From assembly GCA_010909165.1 (NCBI GenBank), contig VJWM01000063.1, positions 1,364,001-1,428,000 of the forward strand: a stretch of DNA of 64,000 nucleotides, given 5' to 3'. The notes under the pieces are model-generated. The model worked only from the letters and a program-made list of their open reading frames with translations. It searched no databases and was not told where the DNA came from. Below, piece after piece: positions 23,201 to 35,836 of this stretch (within the stretch, counting starts at the first letter, position 1; each line of letters opens with the position of its first letter). The position numbers were made by a program, and so were the translations under genes. Origin of the DNA: Anthoceros angustus. Lineage: Eukaryota > Plantae > Anthocerotophyta.

Positions 23201-26200
23201 TCTTCCGACCCACCTTGACTTCCCTCAGCCTTTGTTTGTTTGGCGGCTAGGGCTCGGGCCGCATCTATTTGTTCGAACAGCGCCATTCCCACTTCTCAAA
23301 TATCTCGTCCACATACCTCCACACTTCTTCATCAACCTTCGCCACGATAATCAAGTGTCCGGTTGTCCACGATCGGTGATCGAACCTTGGGGCCATGCTG
23401 CGCATCCCACTTGGGGATCCCCTGGCGGGCATATACATCCGCTTCCGGTCTACATCGCACTTCAAGCCCTTCGCCTCCACGCATCAACTCACTTACGATG
23501 TAACGTACCATCCATGAAGGTGAATGTCTTCCGGCATCTGCGATGGTGTTGTGGTCGTAGCTACGATCCTCATCTCGTCCTCGATGAGTCCTAGCACATA
23601 TGCATCCATCCACTTGAACTCTTCCTTCATTGGTGGATCGAGCGGGACCTCGGAAGGAATGGTTCCCTCCCAAGACGAAGAAATTGTAAAGCCCTCATCC
23701 ACCTTCTCAACGTCAAAGTTCTCTTTGTGAGGACACTGCGAGGGGTCGACAACCACAACCATTGGCAGCACACCAGCTACCCATGGGCAGTGTTTCATCT
23801 TCTGCATCAAAGCCTCTACCCACGCGAGATCCAGCTTCCTCACCTTAGGCGCCTCACGGATCTTGAAGTCTGCGCACTTGATTGGCAACTTCAAGGTAGA
23901 CTCCCAGACTCTCTTGATAGCAATACCGTCCCTTTCGACGTCCCGACTTGCATCGCTTTTATGGCGTGAGCCTATCATCGTCGATGGCGACTGTTGTCAT
24001 AGCTCTCTCCACAAACCTTGGCGTGGTGGAACCTCTTCCTCCTCCTCCTCCACAATTCCGGCTTCTCCGTCTTGCCACAGGTTTCTTGGCTTTCTGCTAC
24101 CGCCTTGTCCCTTTTCCGGATATGTTTGCCATCTGCAGGCCTCTCCTCTTTCCCCTTTCTTCAAATTTCCCAAGGCCTGCCTGCACCCTCCTGCGATCGA
24201 ACAGCCCCAAGACCGTGAACCATCATCCGTGCAGGATAATATCCGAGGTCATCCGCTCATCGCCTCTTCTTGAGTTCTCCTCCTCCTCTTCCGACCCACC
24301 TTGACTTCCTCCAAGCTGCGCATCTTCGTCCTCCCCACAAGGTAGAATGCCATCCATAAAGCCCTCGGTGTCCTCGTCGTCTGGGCGTCCTCCTCACACC
24401 GTCGGACTACCTTCGAGTAAAATGGAAGTGGCTCACCAAGTCTGCAGCCCGCAGTGAAACAGCAGGACGTCGGTGCAGCGGTAGTATCATGGACACCACC
24501 GGCTTGGCGGAAACCGAGGCGGCTGGATCCCCATCGGTCGTGGTATTGAAGAAGCATTGTTGGGATGCCTCTTGACGGCAGATCAGTTGCTTCCCAGCAA
24601 GACCTGGTTGCTTCTAATTTGCATTGTTGGTTTGCTTCCGAGATGCATTGGCCAGGACAGCTAGCCGGTGTGGCTGGCCCCCGGACACTCCTACTCTCGG
24701 CGACTCTTGGGTTCAATCCCTTGAAAGCACTTCCACACTCTCAGCACATCCGCATCTTTAACCTCTATGACTACAAGGTCTCGACTACCGCAGCAGCTTG
24801 GCCTTGACTTCCCTCAGCCTTTGTTTGTTTGGCGGCTAGGGCTCGGGCCGCATCTATTTGTTCAGGCAACTGCTTACATTCCCACTTCTCAAATATCTCG
24901 TCCACATACCTCCACACTTCTTCATCAACCTTCGCCACGCAGAATCAAGTGTCCGGTTGTCCACGATCGGTGATCGAACCTTGGGGCCATGCTTTGCGCA
25001 TCCACTTGGGGATCCCGCGGGCATATACATCCAGCTTCCTCTACATCGCACTTCAAGCCCTTCGCCTCGCACATCAACTCACTCGATGTAACGCACTCGC
25101 CATGAAGGTGAATGTCTTCCTGGCATCTGCGATGGTGTTGTGGTCCGTGGCTACGATCCTCATCTCGTCCTCAGTGAGTCCAGCTAGCACATATGCATCC
25201 ATCCACTTGAACTCTTCCTTCATTGGGTACAGATCAGAAAGCCGGGACCTTGCCTGGAAGGAATGGTTCCCTCCCAAGACGAAGAAATTGTAAAGCCCTC
25301 TGTCCACCTTCTCAACGTCAAAGTTCTCTTTGTGAGGACACTGCGAGGGGTCGACAACCACAACCATTGGCAGCACACCAGCTACCCATGGGCAGTGTTT
25401 CATCTTCTGCATCAAAGCCTCTACCCACGCGAGATCCAGCTTCCTCACCTTAGGTGCCTCACACAGATCTTCGGGGGGTCTGCAGCACTTGATTGGCAAC
25501 TTCAAGGTAGACTCCCAGACTCTCTTGATAGCAATACCGTCCCTTTCGACGTCCCGACTTGCATCTGCTTTTATGGCGTGAGCCTATCGCTGGCGATCAC
25601 TGTCCTTAGCTCTCTCCACAAACCTTGGCGTGGTGGAACCTCTTCCTCCTCCTCCTCCACAATTCCAGGCTTCTCCGTCTTGCCACAGGTTTCGCTCACG
25701 GCCGTCCTTTTCCGGATATGTTTGCCATCAGGCCTCCTCTTTCCCCTTTCTTCAAATTTCCCACCGTGGAAGGCCTCCGCCGCACCCTCCTGCGATCCGA
25801 GCAAGACCGTGAACCATCCTGCAGGATAATATCCGAGGTCATCCCGCCACGCCTCTTCAAGTTCTCCTCCTCCTCTTCCGACCCACCTTGACTTCCTCCA
25901 AGCGCATCTTCGTCCTCCCCACATGGTAGAATGCCATCCGCAAAGCCCTCGGTGTCCTCACCTTCGTCCTGGATGTCCTCCTCACACCCGATCGACTACC
26001 TTCGAGTAAAATGGAAGTGGCTCACCAAGTCCGCCGCCAGTGAAACCGCTGGACGCCGGTGGCGGTAGTATCATGGACACCACCGGCTACCGACGGAAAC
26101 CGAGGCGGCTGGATCCCCATCGATGTGGTATTGAAGAAGCATTGTTGGGATGCCTCTTGACGCAGATCAGTTGCTTCCCAGCAGACTGCTGGGTTGCTTC

Positions 26201-26919
26201 TAATTTGCATTGTTGGTTTGCTTCCCGACAGATGCATTGACGGGACGGCCAGCTTGCTGATTAACCCGGCCCCTGACCCACTCCTACTCTAAGACCGACT
26301 CTTGGGTTCAATCGACCTGACTTGCTCGAACCAACGGTTTTCGATTCCTTCTAAGCAAATTTGGTGCAACACTTTGTGGAACACTTTGTGTCCATCATTG
26401 TTCGCAACCCTACTGTGATTCCTCTCTCACACTTTCTGGCAAGCCACGGGTCAAAAGTCCGGATCGCGGTGAGTATACTCGGTGGGGTCGAGGCTTGAGA
26501 AGCTGCGGTCTTGAGTGCGGAGGAAAATTACGTACCCTTGGTCATCCTTCTCCACTGCGTGAACAAAAGCGGCACCAAGGCAGAAGACTTTATACTTGAG
26601 TCTGCATCCAAGATGTCTGAGATACAGTATGTCCAGCGGGGACGTTCTTGCAGACCAATTCTGTCCGACATATCAAAGGAGAGTGTTCCAGAACATCTTT
26701 ACGATCATGTCGATTTCCGCTGCTTGTATGGACTTTGGAATGATGTTCGTCGGTGTGAGGTAGTGTGTCGTCAAAAGTTGTCATGCTATGGGTCTTGGAG
26801 GCCTTGGGACGGACTCGTGACAATGTTCGGGGCATCTGCGAATCGGCCTTCCGGCCCGTTTCTTCTCACCCGCGCGGCTCGCTCACACCTTTACTCCGCT
26901 TCTTGGTCCGAGGTGCCAT
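20300..26919 (-). CDS. Transposon cargo gene: ParB/Srx-like domain plus beta-class amino-DNA-methyltransferase-like domain (frameshifted, middle part triplicated)
   Basis: Probable start MAPRTKKRSKG at 26919. Then an acidic linker; APKVRKLDLAWVEALMQKM..PMVVVVDP..FFVLGGNHSFQAR (ParB-like); LFLLDLPRG..CFWHKTN..LLRKLMEPHT.EGEWV.DG...MVAAL..GRNVI (MTase motifs IV...I, joined across frameshifts). Confidence 0.62.
22035..26310. repeat. Three tandem copies (about 1.2-1.6 kb) of the ParB-encoding segment
   Basis: Units restart at about 23215 (microhomology tgacttcc) and 24712 (ttcaatc). Each copy has its own small indels. Confidence 0.85.
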
Positions 26920-27619
26920 CGCAAAACACAAACCAAGTAGCAATGAGGCATCACGCACTATGGATTATGGTTGCAAGTAGCACGCCATCGCCCACCTTGA
27001 TACCCTCCTCTTGAATCACCGGACAACCGGTGAGGATGAAGCCGATGATCCGAGATCCACCGACTCCTCGGCGATATGAACCTCCGATATGGAAGTGGTC
27101 GAATACCACCACGGTTACCAAAATACTTGAGTGAACCTTTGGTGCCCGCTATATGCATCTCCTCGCAATATTTTCGCCAAACACCTTTCCGCGCTCACGA
27201 CGGGTGGATGGCTGGTGTGTGGCCGCGGACAGTATGACGATCTCCACTGCGCGCCAAATGAGTGGAATCGCAAATTTGGGTTGATGCACCGTAAAAAGTT
27301 CCGCCATGTTTCGCGAGCAGGACACAACCGCTAAACAAAGAATAAAGCATATTTTATGGAATATGCCTAGTTTTGCCGCCGCAAAACTCAATTTCCTATT
27401 GCAAAATCTCGGGCTCCTCGATTCTACTGTAATGCATTTAAGGATCCTCAAGCGCCATGATTTGTAGCCGCAAAGTAGATATCCGTCCTAATTGTCAATA
27501 ATCAATGCAGTCTTGCAACCGAGGCATCTATACATGATGCTGAACTGGGGCAATGCTGCGGGTCTCCCTCCTCGAGCACACGGCGTTCTCAACAATTGCA
27601 TTTTCACTAGTCACGAGCA

Positions 27620-30600
27620 ATGGCAAGCGATCTCAATGCAGAGGAGGAGTTCTTTGATTTGGTGAATGATAGACTAGTGGCTGCTGATGAAGACATCGGC
27701 CATGTGTCTGAGTCGGATATCGTGGACTTGGCGGCAGAGGCCGCAGCAGATGCTAGGCATGGTGGTCCACTAGGCAATGTGTCAAATTCCCACGTGGTCG
27801 ACATTCAAGGCGTTGGCACCCTGTAAACCCGGACGTCCGGTGAAAGGTCGCTGCAAGCAAGACCGGACACGCATCGGTTGGATCAAACCGACTTCTTTGG
27901 GTGATACGTTGGGCCTGCAAGTGATGGAGACCTTTACTTGTTTGATCCGGATGGACTCGGGCAGGCGCGGACGAGCATTGCAGCACATGTGGACCGGCAT
28001 GTCCGAGCTCGACAACGCGAGGAGCGGCGGCCGATATCCACCACCCGACAGCGCAACCTCGGCCCACCTCGGCGGCTGCGGCACTATATACCCAGTGCAT
28101 TCAAATCGCCGGTGCCAAGAAATTGGCAAGGATGTTCCCTCGATCCAAATCCACGCGCAGCGGGTGGCTCCGCGGCGGAAGGTGACAAGGTGGCACCTAC
28201 AACAAGTCCATGGTGTGCCAAGAGTACCATCAACCTTGTGTCACACCACAGCACGAATGACAACAAGACGGATTACGGCGAGTGTTGGTGAGTCTCAGCG
28301 GTGAGAAGATGCATGCGATCGTAGACTTGGTTTCGATTTGGCATTGGGTCATGGAGGACGCCGAGGAGCGGGGCAGGCGACCAAACACACGTGATCCAAT
28401 TGCCTTGTTTGGAGATGTCTTGGCACTAGATCACAATGAAGATTTGCCTGCTTCGCTAATCCTAAGTCCAGGGGTTGGAGTTGCAATCTCGCGATAGGGT
28501 TGTTTGCTCAACAAAGAACCGTCTTTGCAAGGGTTAAAATGGATCATGTCTTGGCGAAGCATATGTCGTGCTTTCAGCAGACATGAAGAGACAATGTTGT
28601 ACGAAAAGTGTTTAGCAAGGGGGAATGGCGGTGAAGTCACTTCGTTGTTCTTTTTCCATGACAAAGGGGCAGGCATTTGCAAGACCTTATTGATGTTGTC
28701 GAAGACGAGGAAAGCAGTATGGTGACCGGATGGGTGAACAAGCGCCACATGGGAAGGTTTCAATTTGTGTAAGGGCATTCCGAGTTTTGTATTGGTGCAC
28801 TACGATATCGGAATGCCCGGGCCGGTGCGAAGGGACTAGGTTTGCCGCCGAGGCGGGCTGGTAAAATTCCAACTTCATACAGATGCGGTCATGTGGATGG
28901 ATATGTTTTCAAAAGAAATGTGGAAAGACTACCCAGGAAGTGTTCAACCTCTGGATACATTCACAAAAGAGGAGATTTACATTGAGTATGCTAGGCAGGC
29001 TAGAGCAATTACCACTCATGTTTGTTATAGCTATTTTTGCAAAAGTGGATACGGCATTTCCGGTCCGTCAAGATTCCAAGATGCAACCGATTCTCGATGC
29101 TGTCTTGTTGTGAGAAGCTTAAAGCGAAAATTAAAAAAGCGACGAGGAGCAAGGTATCGCGTATGAACCGCTCCCTTTTTAAGCACGGATGTCCGGTGAT
29201 TGCTAGGTGTCCTTTTTCTAGTAGTTGTCGGAAAACCCTAGACCACATTCTTTAGGGTTCATACAAAGGTTGATGTAGCCGCTGGACTCGGAGTTGTTCG
29301 GGGCTGCTATTGACGATGGCACTTATGCGGTATGCGGATAGACTTAGGGAACTCCTCAATTACCACCGGATCAACAACAGATGGAGCGGGCGAAATGGCA
29401 AAGCATCGCGGCAAGTGTATGGCTCAACCGACCAAGTACACAGGGATTGCGATAGATGGTATGGACCAAAAGAAACGAGTTGCCTCATTTCCATGAGTGC
29501 CCAAAGATGTGGATAGTCTTTGCTCGTCTCTGTCCATGTGGTTGGAGTTTTGGTGTTTAACAAATACATGAGAACTTATGTTTACGAGCTATCCAAATCT
29601 GGAAATGACCCTAACGGACAATTGCGTAGTCCAGCATGTTATTAACGGATGGGAGGGCCGGTTGCCTCAAACTCTTTACTGCGGATGGACAATACTTGCT
29701 CGGAATAAGAACTAAGAAGTGTTGGCGTATTCGCCATGTTAGTGGACCGAGGTATTTTCAAGAAGGTGAAACTAGGATTTCTAATTGTTGGCCATACCCA
29801 TGATCGATTGATCAAATGTTTTCCGTTTTTGTTGTGCTAAATCAAGGAGGCCTACACCTTGAGCTAATCGGTTGCCTTGAGAGGGCTTATACTCGACACC
29901 AAAGATCTATCTTATGAAAGAGGTGCCCAACTTTAAGCAATATTTGTGGCGCTGGGGTCCGTCTGCAACATTTACTCTCCATAATCACGTTTCCAACATC
30001 GGTTTAAAATCACTCAAGAGTTGCCTAGTCATGTGTTTGTGACGGTCACGAGGTGCAAGCAGTTTTCCATCTGCGCATTGGAGCCGGATGGTGGTGTTCA
30101 ATTGCGGGATGGAGTCCCGAGAGAGGAGATTATTGCGGCTCCACTCACGCCACCAGTCGGGCGAAATCCAAGGCCAAAGAGAACATGCAGTGCGGCTGAT
30201 AGGGCTATCGGAGTGGAAGACAACAGAGCGTTTAAGAACTTCCACAAGTCTTCAATGGTCATCACTACTTTGGTGGGATGGTTTTGGGAAGAGCGCTGGC
30301 CATAGCGGGTGTAGTAGCGTCTGGAGCTCTTCGTCCATTGGACACTGACATGGAAATGGTATAACCGGAGGAGCATTCAAGAACCCAGTGGCTCTTCCGG
30401 ATGAAGTGATAGTGGACGCTACACTTGCGAGACGCATATTGGACATGAGCGAGAGGTTTACAGGCCACAGAATCTTGCAGAAGGCGTCTGCAGCAACCTG
30501 AGAGGATCGGTTAAAGAGATCCAGGTGGCATGATGATTGCGGTCCAGTGGAGATGATCCGGACGGCCGTCCTTTCTGGGTAAGGTTGGATGTAGACCATG

Positions 30601-30914
30601 AAGCCTGGACCGTAGCGCAAGTCCAGTGGCGCCGAAAACCCTAATGCATTGGAGGTAGGTATTCGGAAGAGTGGGTGCCAACCAACCCTCCGGGCCGTAG
30701 AAAAGGTCGGCAGCACCCTTTGAAGAAACATGTGCAACCAATCAAGCTTTTGGAGACCACAATCATGGGTTATGATTTCGAGTTGACGAGGAACAAGACT
30801 TTGAGCAAAGACACAATGGACATCTTTGAGGAGGAAGGTCTTGAGTTACGAGAGCCAAGTGAGGAACCGGCTTTGCTTCCTCCTGATGGTGAAGCAAGTG
30901 GTGTGAGCAATTGA
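27620..30914 (+). CDS. Sola-like / DUF7869-type DDD transposase (frameshifted)
   Basis: VKIPRCNRFSM.SCCEKL (about 29060); IAIDGMDQ (29452-29469); LPQTLY..MDN...NKN (about 29685); GIFKKVKLGFLIVGHTHD.IDQMF (about 29750-29825); C-terminal DDPDGRPFWV..YDFELTRNKTL. Confidence 0.8.
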
Positions 30915-31429
30915 TTCCGAAGACTTGGACAACGTTGAATCTTGATGCATCCGTTGATTATTTGGTAGACTTCTTTGGAAGGTGTGGACTCGGTGAGGAG
31001 CCGATCTTAACCCACCAAGGATTAATTTCGAGGTTGGCCCAGAGAGTCGAGGTCGAGGCGGTGAATACATAGTCGTGACATAGATGTTTAGGGTATATGT
31101 GGATGTGTGATCCGTGTTCATGTTTTGACATAGAGTTTTGATGCGATGCATTGTGCCTTTTGCCGGATGTCCGGTGCTAAAGCTCTCGTCGTTTTAATTG
31201 TGGTGAGCATTCGCTTGTTTCGCCAGCGTATTTTGGGTTTTGTGATAGGGTGCGGGCTCGGGCTTCGGCGGTTGAGGTGCAGCCGCGGGCTTTTGAGCTA
31301 TTGGGGCGAGTTGGGGGCGGAGGCGTAAGCACCTAGCGCCATGTGGTATTTTGGCCCTTTGCCAAGTACTCGTGATTTACTCTCCAACAACGCCGCAACC
31401 AATTCTCCTGTGTTTGCCTTCCAGGTTTG

Positions 31430-32094
31430 AGCGACGCATGGAGGAAGAATCCATTCAGGTGTCCGTCGTCAATTTTCCGGTTGATCTGGTGTGCATCGAG
31501 GGTGGAAACAGCGCCTCCACCAGACGGGTGTTAAGAGTGTTGTTGCAGACCAAAACAGTGGATATGAGGACCAGGCGTGGCGGCTACCAGTCCCCACCAC
31601 GGGTCACAGTGCAGACATTGCGAGAGAGGGCGGAGGAGAGCCACTTTGAGGGAGCGTCGTGGGGCGTCCCTCCGAGGCATCATCGCCATTGGTGGCCAAC
31701 CCTTATTCGAGTGGCATCCGTTTGCCACTCCCAAAGCCTCTGCGTGGTTCCACGGGGGAGGTGGGGATAAGGGTTTCTTTGAGGGAGCCCGGAGGAGGTG
31801 AGGACTATAGGAGGAGGAGGGGGTGAGGCCCGTGACATCTGCCATGATCTCACGATGGCTGGGAAGGAGGTGAAGGCAGCTGAGATGGAGCTGCGGAGGT
31901 TCAGACCATATCTGGCCGTAAAGCCTGAACAGCGGGAGTTGACGAAGGAGGAGCTAAAGGCAGAAGAGGCAGTGTGGGCAGCAAGAAGGCGTCAGAGGGA
32001 GCTTGCGCTTGTAGTGGCGGCAGCGGAAACAGCTGCCAAGGCATTGGCAGCTGTAGAGGGTTCAGATGTGAAGCCGGAGCCTCTGGCTGAGTGA
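31430..32094 (+). CDS. Possible third transposon ORF (Cys pairs, charged helical C-terminus), unknown function
   Basis: ORFs 31577-31801 and 31798-32094 look like one frameshifted gene: QCRHCERG..GQPLFEWHPF..KAAEMELRRFRPYLAVKPEQRELTKEELKAEE. Confidence 0.35.
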
Positions 32095-33244
32095 AGGCTT
32101 TTGGTAGTAAGGTGTTTCAATTCATGCATCTGTCGGTTGCTGGCACTGGTGATTGCTGGTTTTGGTCTTGATGTTCTTCGCATCATCGTTGATGTTCTTC
32201 GCATCATCGGTTGATATTCTTGGTCTTTGGTGCTCTTTCTTCTTTGCATGGGTAGTAAGGTCTTCTTTGTGAGCCAATGGTATGCTCTTCATGTATGTAG
32301 GTGCCAACATATAGGCGGGAGGTTCATGCGGTGGAGGAAGCAAGCCGGTTGAGGTCCCTCCTTTTTGGGAGCCACAGCTAGGATAGGCGCTTGTTTTGGT
32401 GTGGGTGGAGTGCTAGAGCACCGGCCGTAGACTTGAAACTTGATCATACTTGGGTGGTAAATTGTGGCTTTGTCGGACAATGTGGTGCAAAGGTCACCGG
32501 ATGTCCGGTGCCTTTGGCGACAAAAGAAAAGCTTGACTTGGCAGGCTGGATCCAACCTAGGTCCGACACCTAGTCTATTCGCTTATGAGTATGGGTCACT
32601 TGACTAAATTCGAAAAGTGACCGGTTGTCTGATCGGTTATATGGTGCCATGGCACTTTTCTTTTAATATATGTGAGCATTTTTGTATAGTTTGGAGCGGA
32701 CATATAGTTGGGCATATGGCCCATGTGGGATATTGGTGTCTTATACCTCTAGTCTCCCACTATAGTACCAAATTATGTGTATGCATGTTTGTGTGTCGGG
32801 TAGTTGACATGAAGACACATGTCCTTCTTGTTTTTATGGTGCCACAACCTTGCGATCGGTAAGGCGGGATGTCGGGCATACTTGGACCAATGTGTACAAA
32901 AACCGTGTTAGCATATTGAGGTGGCATTGCGGTTTTCAACTTAGCACATTGGTCTGAAATTGTCATAAATGTCCAGTTCAAAGCGACAAAGCGGTTTTTG
33001 CGAAAATGCCCTTAAAAAGCCTTAAAAAGCGGGGTATTTTCCAACAGTCCAACCATGGACCTTTCTTAACGGGGTTAAAAGACATCAAAAGGTAGAAAAG
33101 ATGCTTTTGACAACTACGGAAATGGAAATAGTGGGTTTTGCCCTTGGTTTTGGAAAAGCACCAAATCCGATTGGTTGCCAATTTGTAGGTCGAATGTGAC
33201 CAAATGGACATCTGTCTCTAAAAAGAGGAGTGTGTCTCTACTTC

Positions 33245-35103
33245 TTAAGAGACCTTGTTGATGAGCTTTTGGCGGTGGGCGATGCGCAACAACAACCACA
33301 ACTACGAGTAGCACCGAGGCAAGCAGATGCTCCACCCTGCGATGAAGGTGCGATTACTCTCCACGCTATAGATGAAGTTCGTGAAGCTGCTGACAATGAG
33401 CAAGCTGCAGATGAACCCGCAGAAGCTCCCTCTCTTCGTCGTTCAGCTAGAGTCGTCGTCATTATAGTGAATGGCAACCAGACTATGTAGCAGTGTTGCA
33501 TCCACATACCCTCTATCTCACGCTATACTTAGTGTTGCTTCCTCTCTCTATGAGCCACCACCTACTTAGAAGTCTATTCTGCAGTCCGAGGCGGTGGAAG
33601 GCAGCCATAGATTCTGATATGCATCCTTGATAGAAAATAAAACATGGAGTCTTGTAAACCTCCCGGTGTCGTAAGCCTATAGATTGCAAATGGGTTTTTA
33701 AAAAGCGAATACGGATGGCGGAGGTCGATACAAAGCTAGGCTAGTTGCTAAGGGTTACAGCCAAGTGCCAGGCTTAGATTTCAATGAGACTTTTGCTCCA
33801 GTAGTGAAGTCCACGTCTGTAAGAATCCTCCTAGCACTTGCAGCCCACTTCAAGCTCACAGTTCACCAACTCGACGTAAAGACTGCATTTCTCCATGGAC
33901 TACTTGAAGAAGACATATACATGTCACAACCAGAAGGGTATATCAAGCATCCCAGCAAGGTACTCAAGCTCTTGAAGACACCGTGACAAAGTCATATCCA
34001 GAGCCTGGAATGAAGTCTTCCATCAGGTGCTGATAGAATTAGGTTTCGTGCCTCTTGATGCAGACACTAGTGTTTACATTCTGTGGGATGGGCCAGAGTT
34101 TCTTATTCTGACAGTATACGTAGATGACAATATCCTTTTTAGTACTTCTGCTTCTTTGTTGGAAAGGATCAAAAAGGTTCTTCTGTCTAAGTTTGAGATG
34201 TCAGATTTGGGTGAACTCTCGTTCTCATTAGGTGTCCAGTTTCACTTTAACCATTCTGAACATTCCATTGACATCCATCAAGAACACTTTGTTAAGCTTG
34301 TTAAAAGGTTTAAGTTAGAAGATGCTAAACCCGTAGCTACACCCATGGCGGTGGGAGAAGCTCTCAAAGAGCAATGTCCATCCACGTAAGAAGAGAAACT
34401 TGAGATGTCTAAAATTCCCTACAGACAGGCAGTTGGGTGCTTGCTTTACTTGTCTGGATGGACCAGGCTTGACATCAGCCGGGCTGTAAGCAACGTGAGC
34501 CAGTTTTTAGAAAACCCGGGCATGGTGCACTGGACTGCAGTAAAAAGAGTGCTGAGATACCTCAAAGGGACTTCACGAAAGGGTTTGAGGTATTCCAGAC
34601 AGTATGATGGTCTTCAACTCTCAGCATTCTGTGATGCCGATTGGGCAGGAGACCCGGATACAAGGAAAAGTGTTGCTGCATATTGTTGCTTCCTTGGAGG
34701 ATCGGTAGTGTCATGGTCCAGCAAGAAGATGGCAACTATTTGCCTTTCAAGCACGGAGGCCGAATATGGTGCCATGTCTTAGGCAGCCCGTGAAGTATTA
34801 TGGATCAGAAGTTTTCTAAAAGGACTTGGGCAACTAGGAGCTGGTGCTACACGTTTGTGGTGTGATAATCAGTCAGCGATTGCCTTATCATGCAATCCAG
34901 TTTTTCATGCACGCAGCAAGCATATCGAAATATCACATCACTTTATACGACAAGTGGCAGAACAGAAAGAGGTTGAGGTAGAGTATATTTCTACAGGTGA
35001 GAATATCGCAGACCTCCTTACAAAGGCTCTTCCTAAGCATGTGCATGAAAGGCACACTTTAGTCACAGTGTGCAGATTCTGCAGAGCGCGGGAGCCCCAC
35101 TAG
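33245..35103 (+). pseudogene. Copia-2 IN-RT linker, RT and RNaseH
   Basis: FAPVVKSTSVRILLALAA..LDVKTAFLHG; TVYVDD; FCDADWAGD..LSSTEAEY..WCDNQSAI; several stops. Confidence 0.92.
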
Positions 35104-35114
35104 GTTTTTCTATT

Positions 35115-35618
35115 CTAGATTGTCCCTCTGTGGGAGCTAGGTGTGGCTGATCGTGTGCTCCTTTCCTGTTTCTTCTCTTTGTTCTTTGCTCCACCTTGAT
35201 CTTGAGGTTTTTCAACGAGCTCTTCGTCGTCTGAGTCAGGGGGGAGTTGAGTCCCCATGAACTTAATCAAGTCTGCCGAGGAAGGTAGGAATCCCACACC
35301 TTTTGGTTCTCCAGGAAAGACTTTATCAAAGTCCTCTCTTCCAGCAACGTAAAGCTTCCTTGGCATTCCCTCTGCATCAAAGTCATGTTCCTTCCTAGCA
35401 GCTCTAGCCTGAGGAGTTTCTGTCAAGCTGTTAGACCCTGCAGGTGCTTCAAAGGCAACAATGACAGGAGCCTCACAGTGCATAGCATGAAGATGGGAGG
35501 TGCGTTCAGAAAATTTCCTCACAGGAACCCAGATTCTGCCACATCCGAGACACCTGAGACCACGCTGGAGCTGGGAGTCCATGATGATAAAGACTGGAGA
35601 CATGGCTACTGTGAACAA
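35115..35618 (-). CDS. Antisense extra ORF of Copia-2 with a C2H2/BED-like zinc-finger motif
   Basis: 167-aa ORF between RNaseH and the PPT, containing C-x2-C-x15-H-x4-H (CLGC..TSHLHAMH). Confidence 0.55.
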   Translation of the reverse strand: MFTVAMSPVFIIMDSQLQRGLRCLGCGRIWVPVRKFSERTSHLHAMHCEAPVIVAFEAPAGSNSLTETPQARAARKEHDFDAEGMPRKLYVAGREDFDKVFPGEPKGVGFLPSSADLIKFMGTQLPPDSDDEELVEKPQDQGGAKNKEKKQERSTRSATPSSHRGTI

Positions 35619-35836
35619 GCTGGTTACTTTATAGGAGCGGGAGGTGTTGAGGAGCGCAAGTTCAAGACGCTTTCACGTTTTCCTTAACATGTGCGATAAA
35701 CAGACTCGTGTCTCTGGTACGCATGTGGTATTAAAACCAAGCGTATGGAATTAAACCTCTTATGCTTCAGGTTTTCAAGGGCCAACCACTACTAGCTAAT
35801 AGTACATTCATGTACTAGATGCTCACTAAGTGGGAG

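Larger units (their letters stand above)
19374..33244. mobile_element. Large TIR DNA transposon (Sola-like DDD transposase) with cargo genes, inserted in Copia-2
   Basis: TIRs GAAGTAGAGAC(g/ac)ACTCCTC at both ends; flanks CTAA and TTAA (or a TA TSD). Excision restores the Copia-2 frame EQGLLRDLVDE. Transposase motifs are present inside. Confidence 0.88.

Noticed and set aside
22132-25830. Long plus-strand ORFs (e.g. 22650-23594)
   Set aside because: Antisense shadows of the triplicated cargo gene. The motif-bearing frame is on the minus strand.
26300-26800. Ulp1-like protease in the cargo N-terminus
   Set aside because: Coding-like, but no convincing His/Asp/Cys catalytic motifs. Left unassigned.
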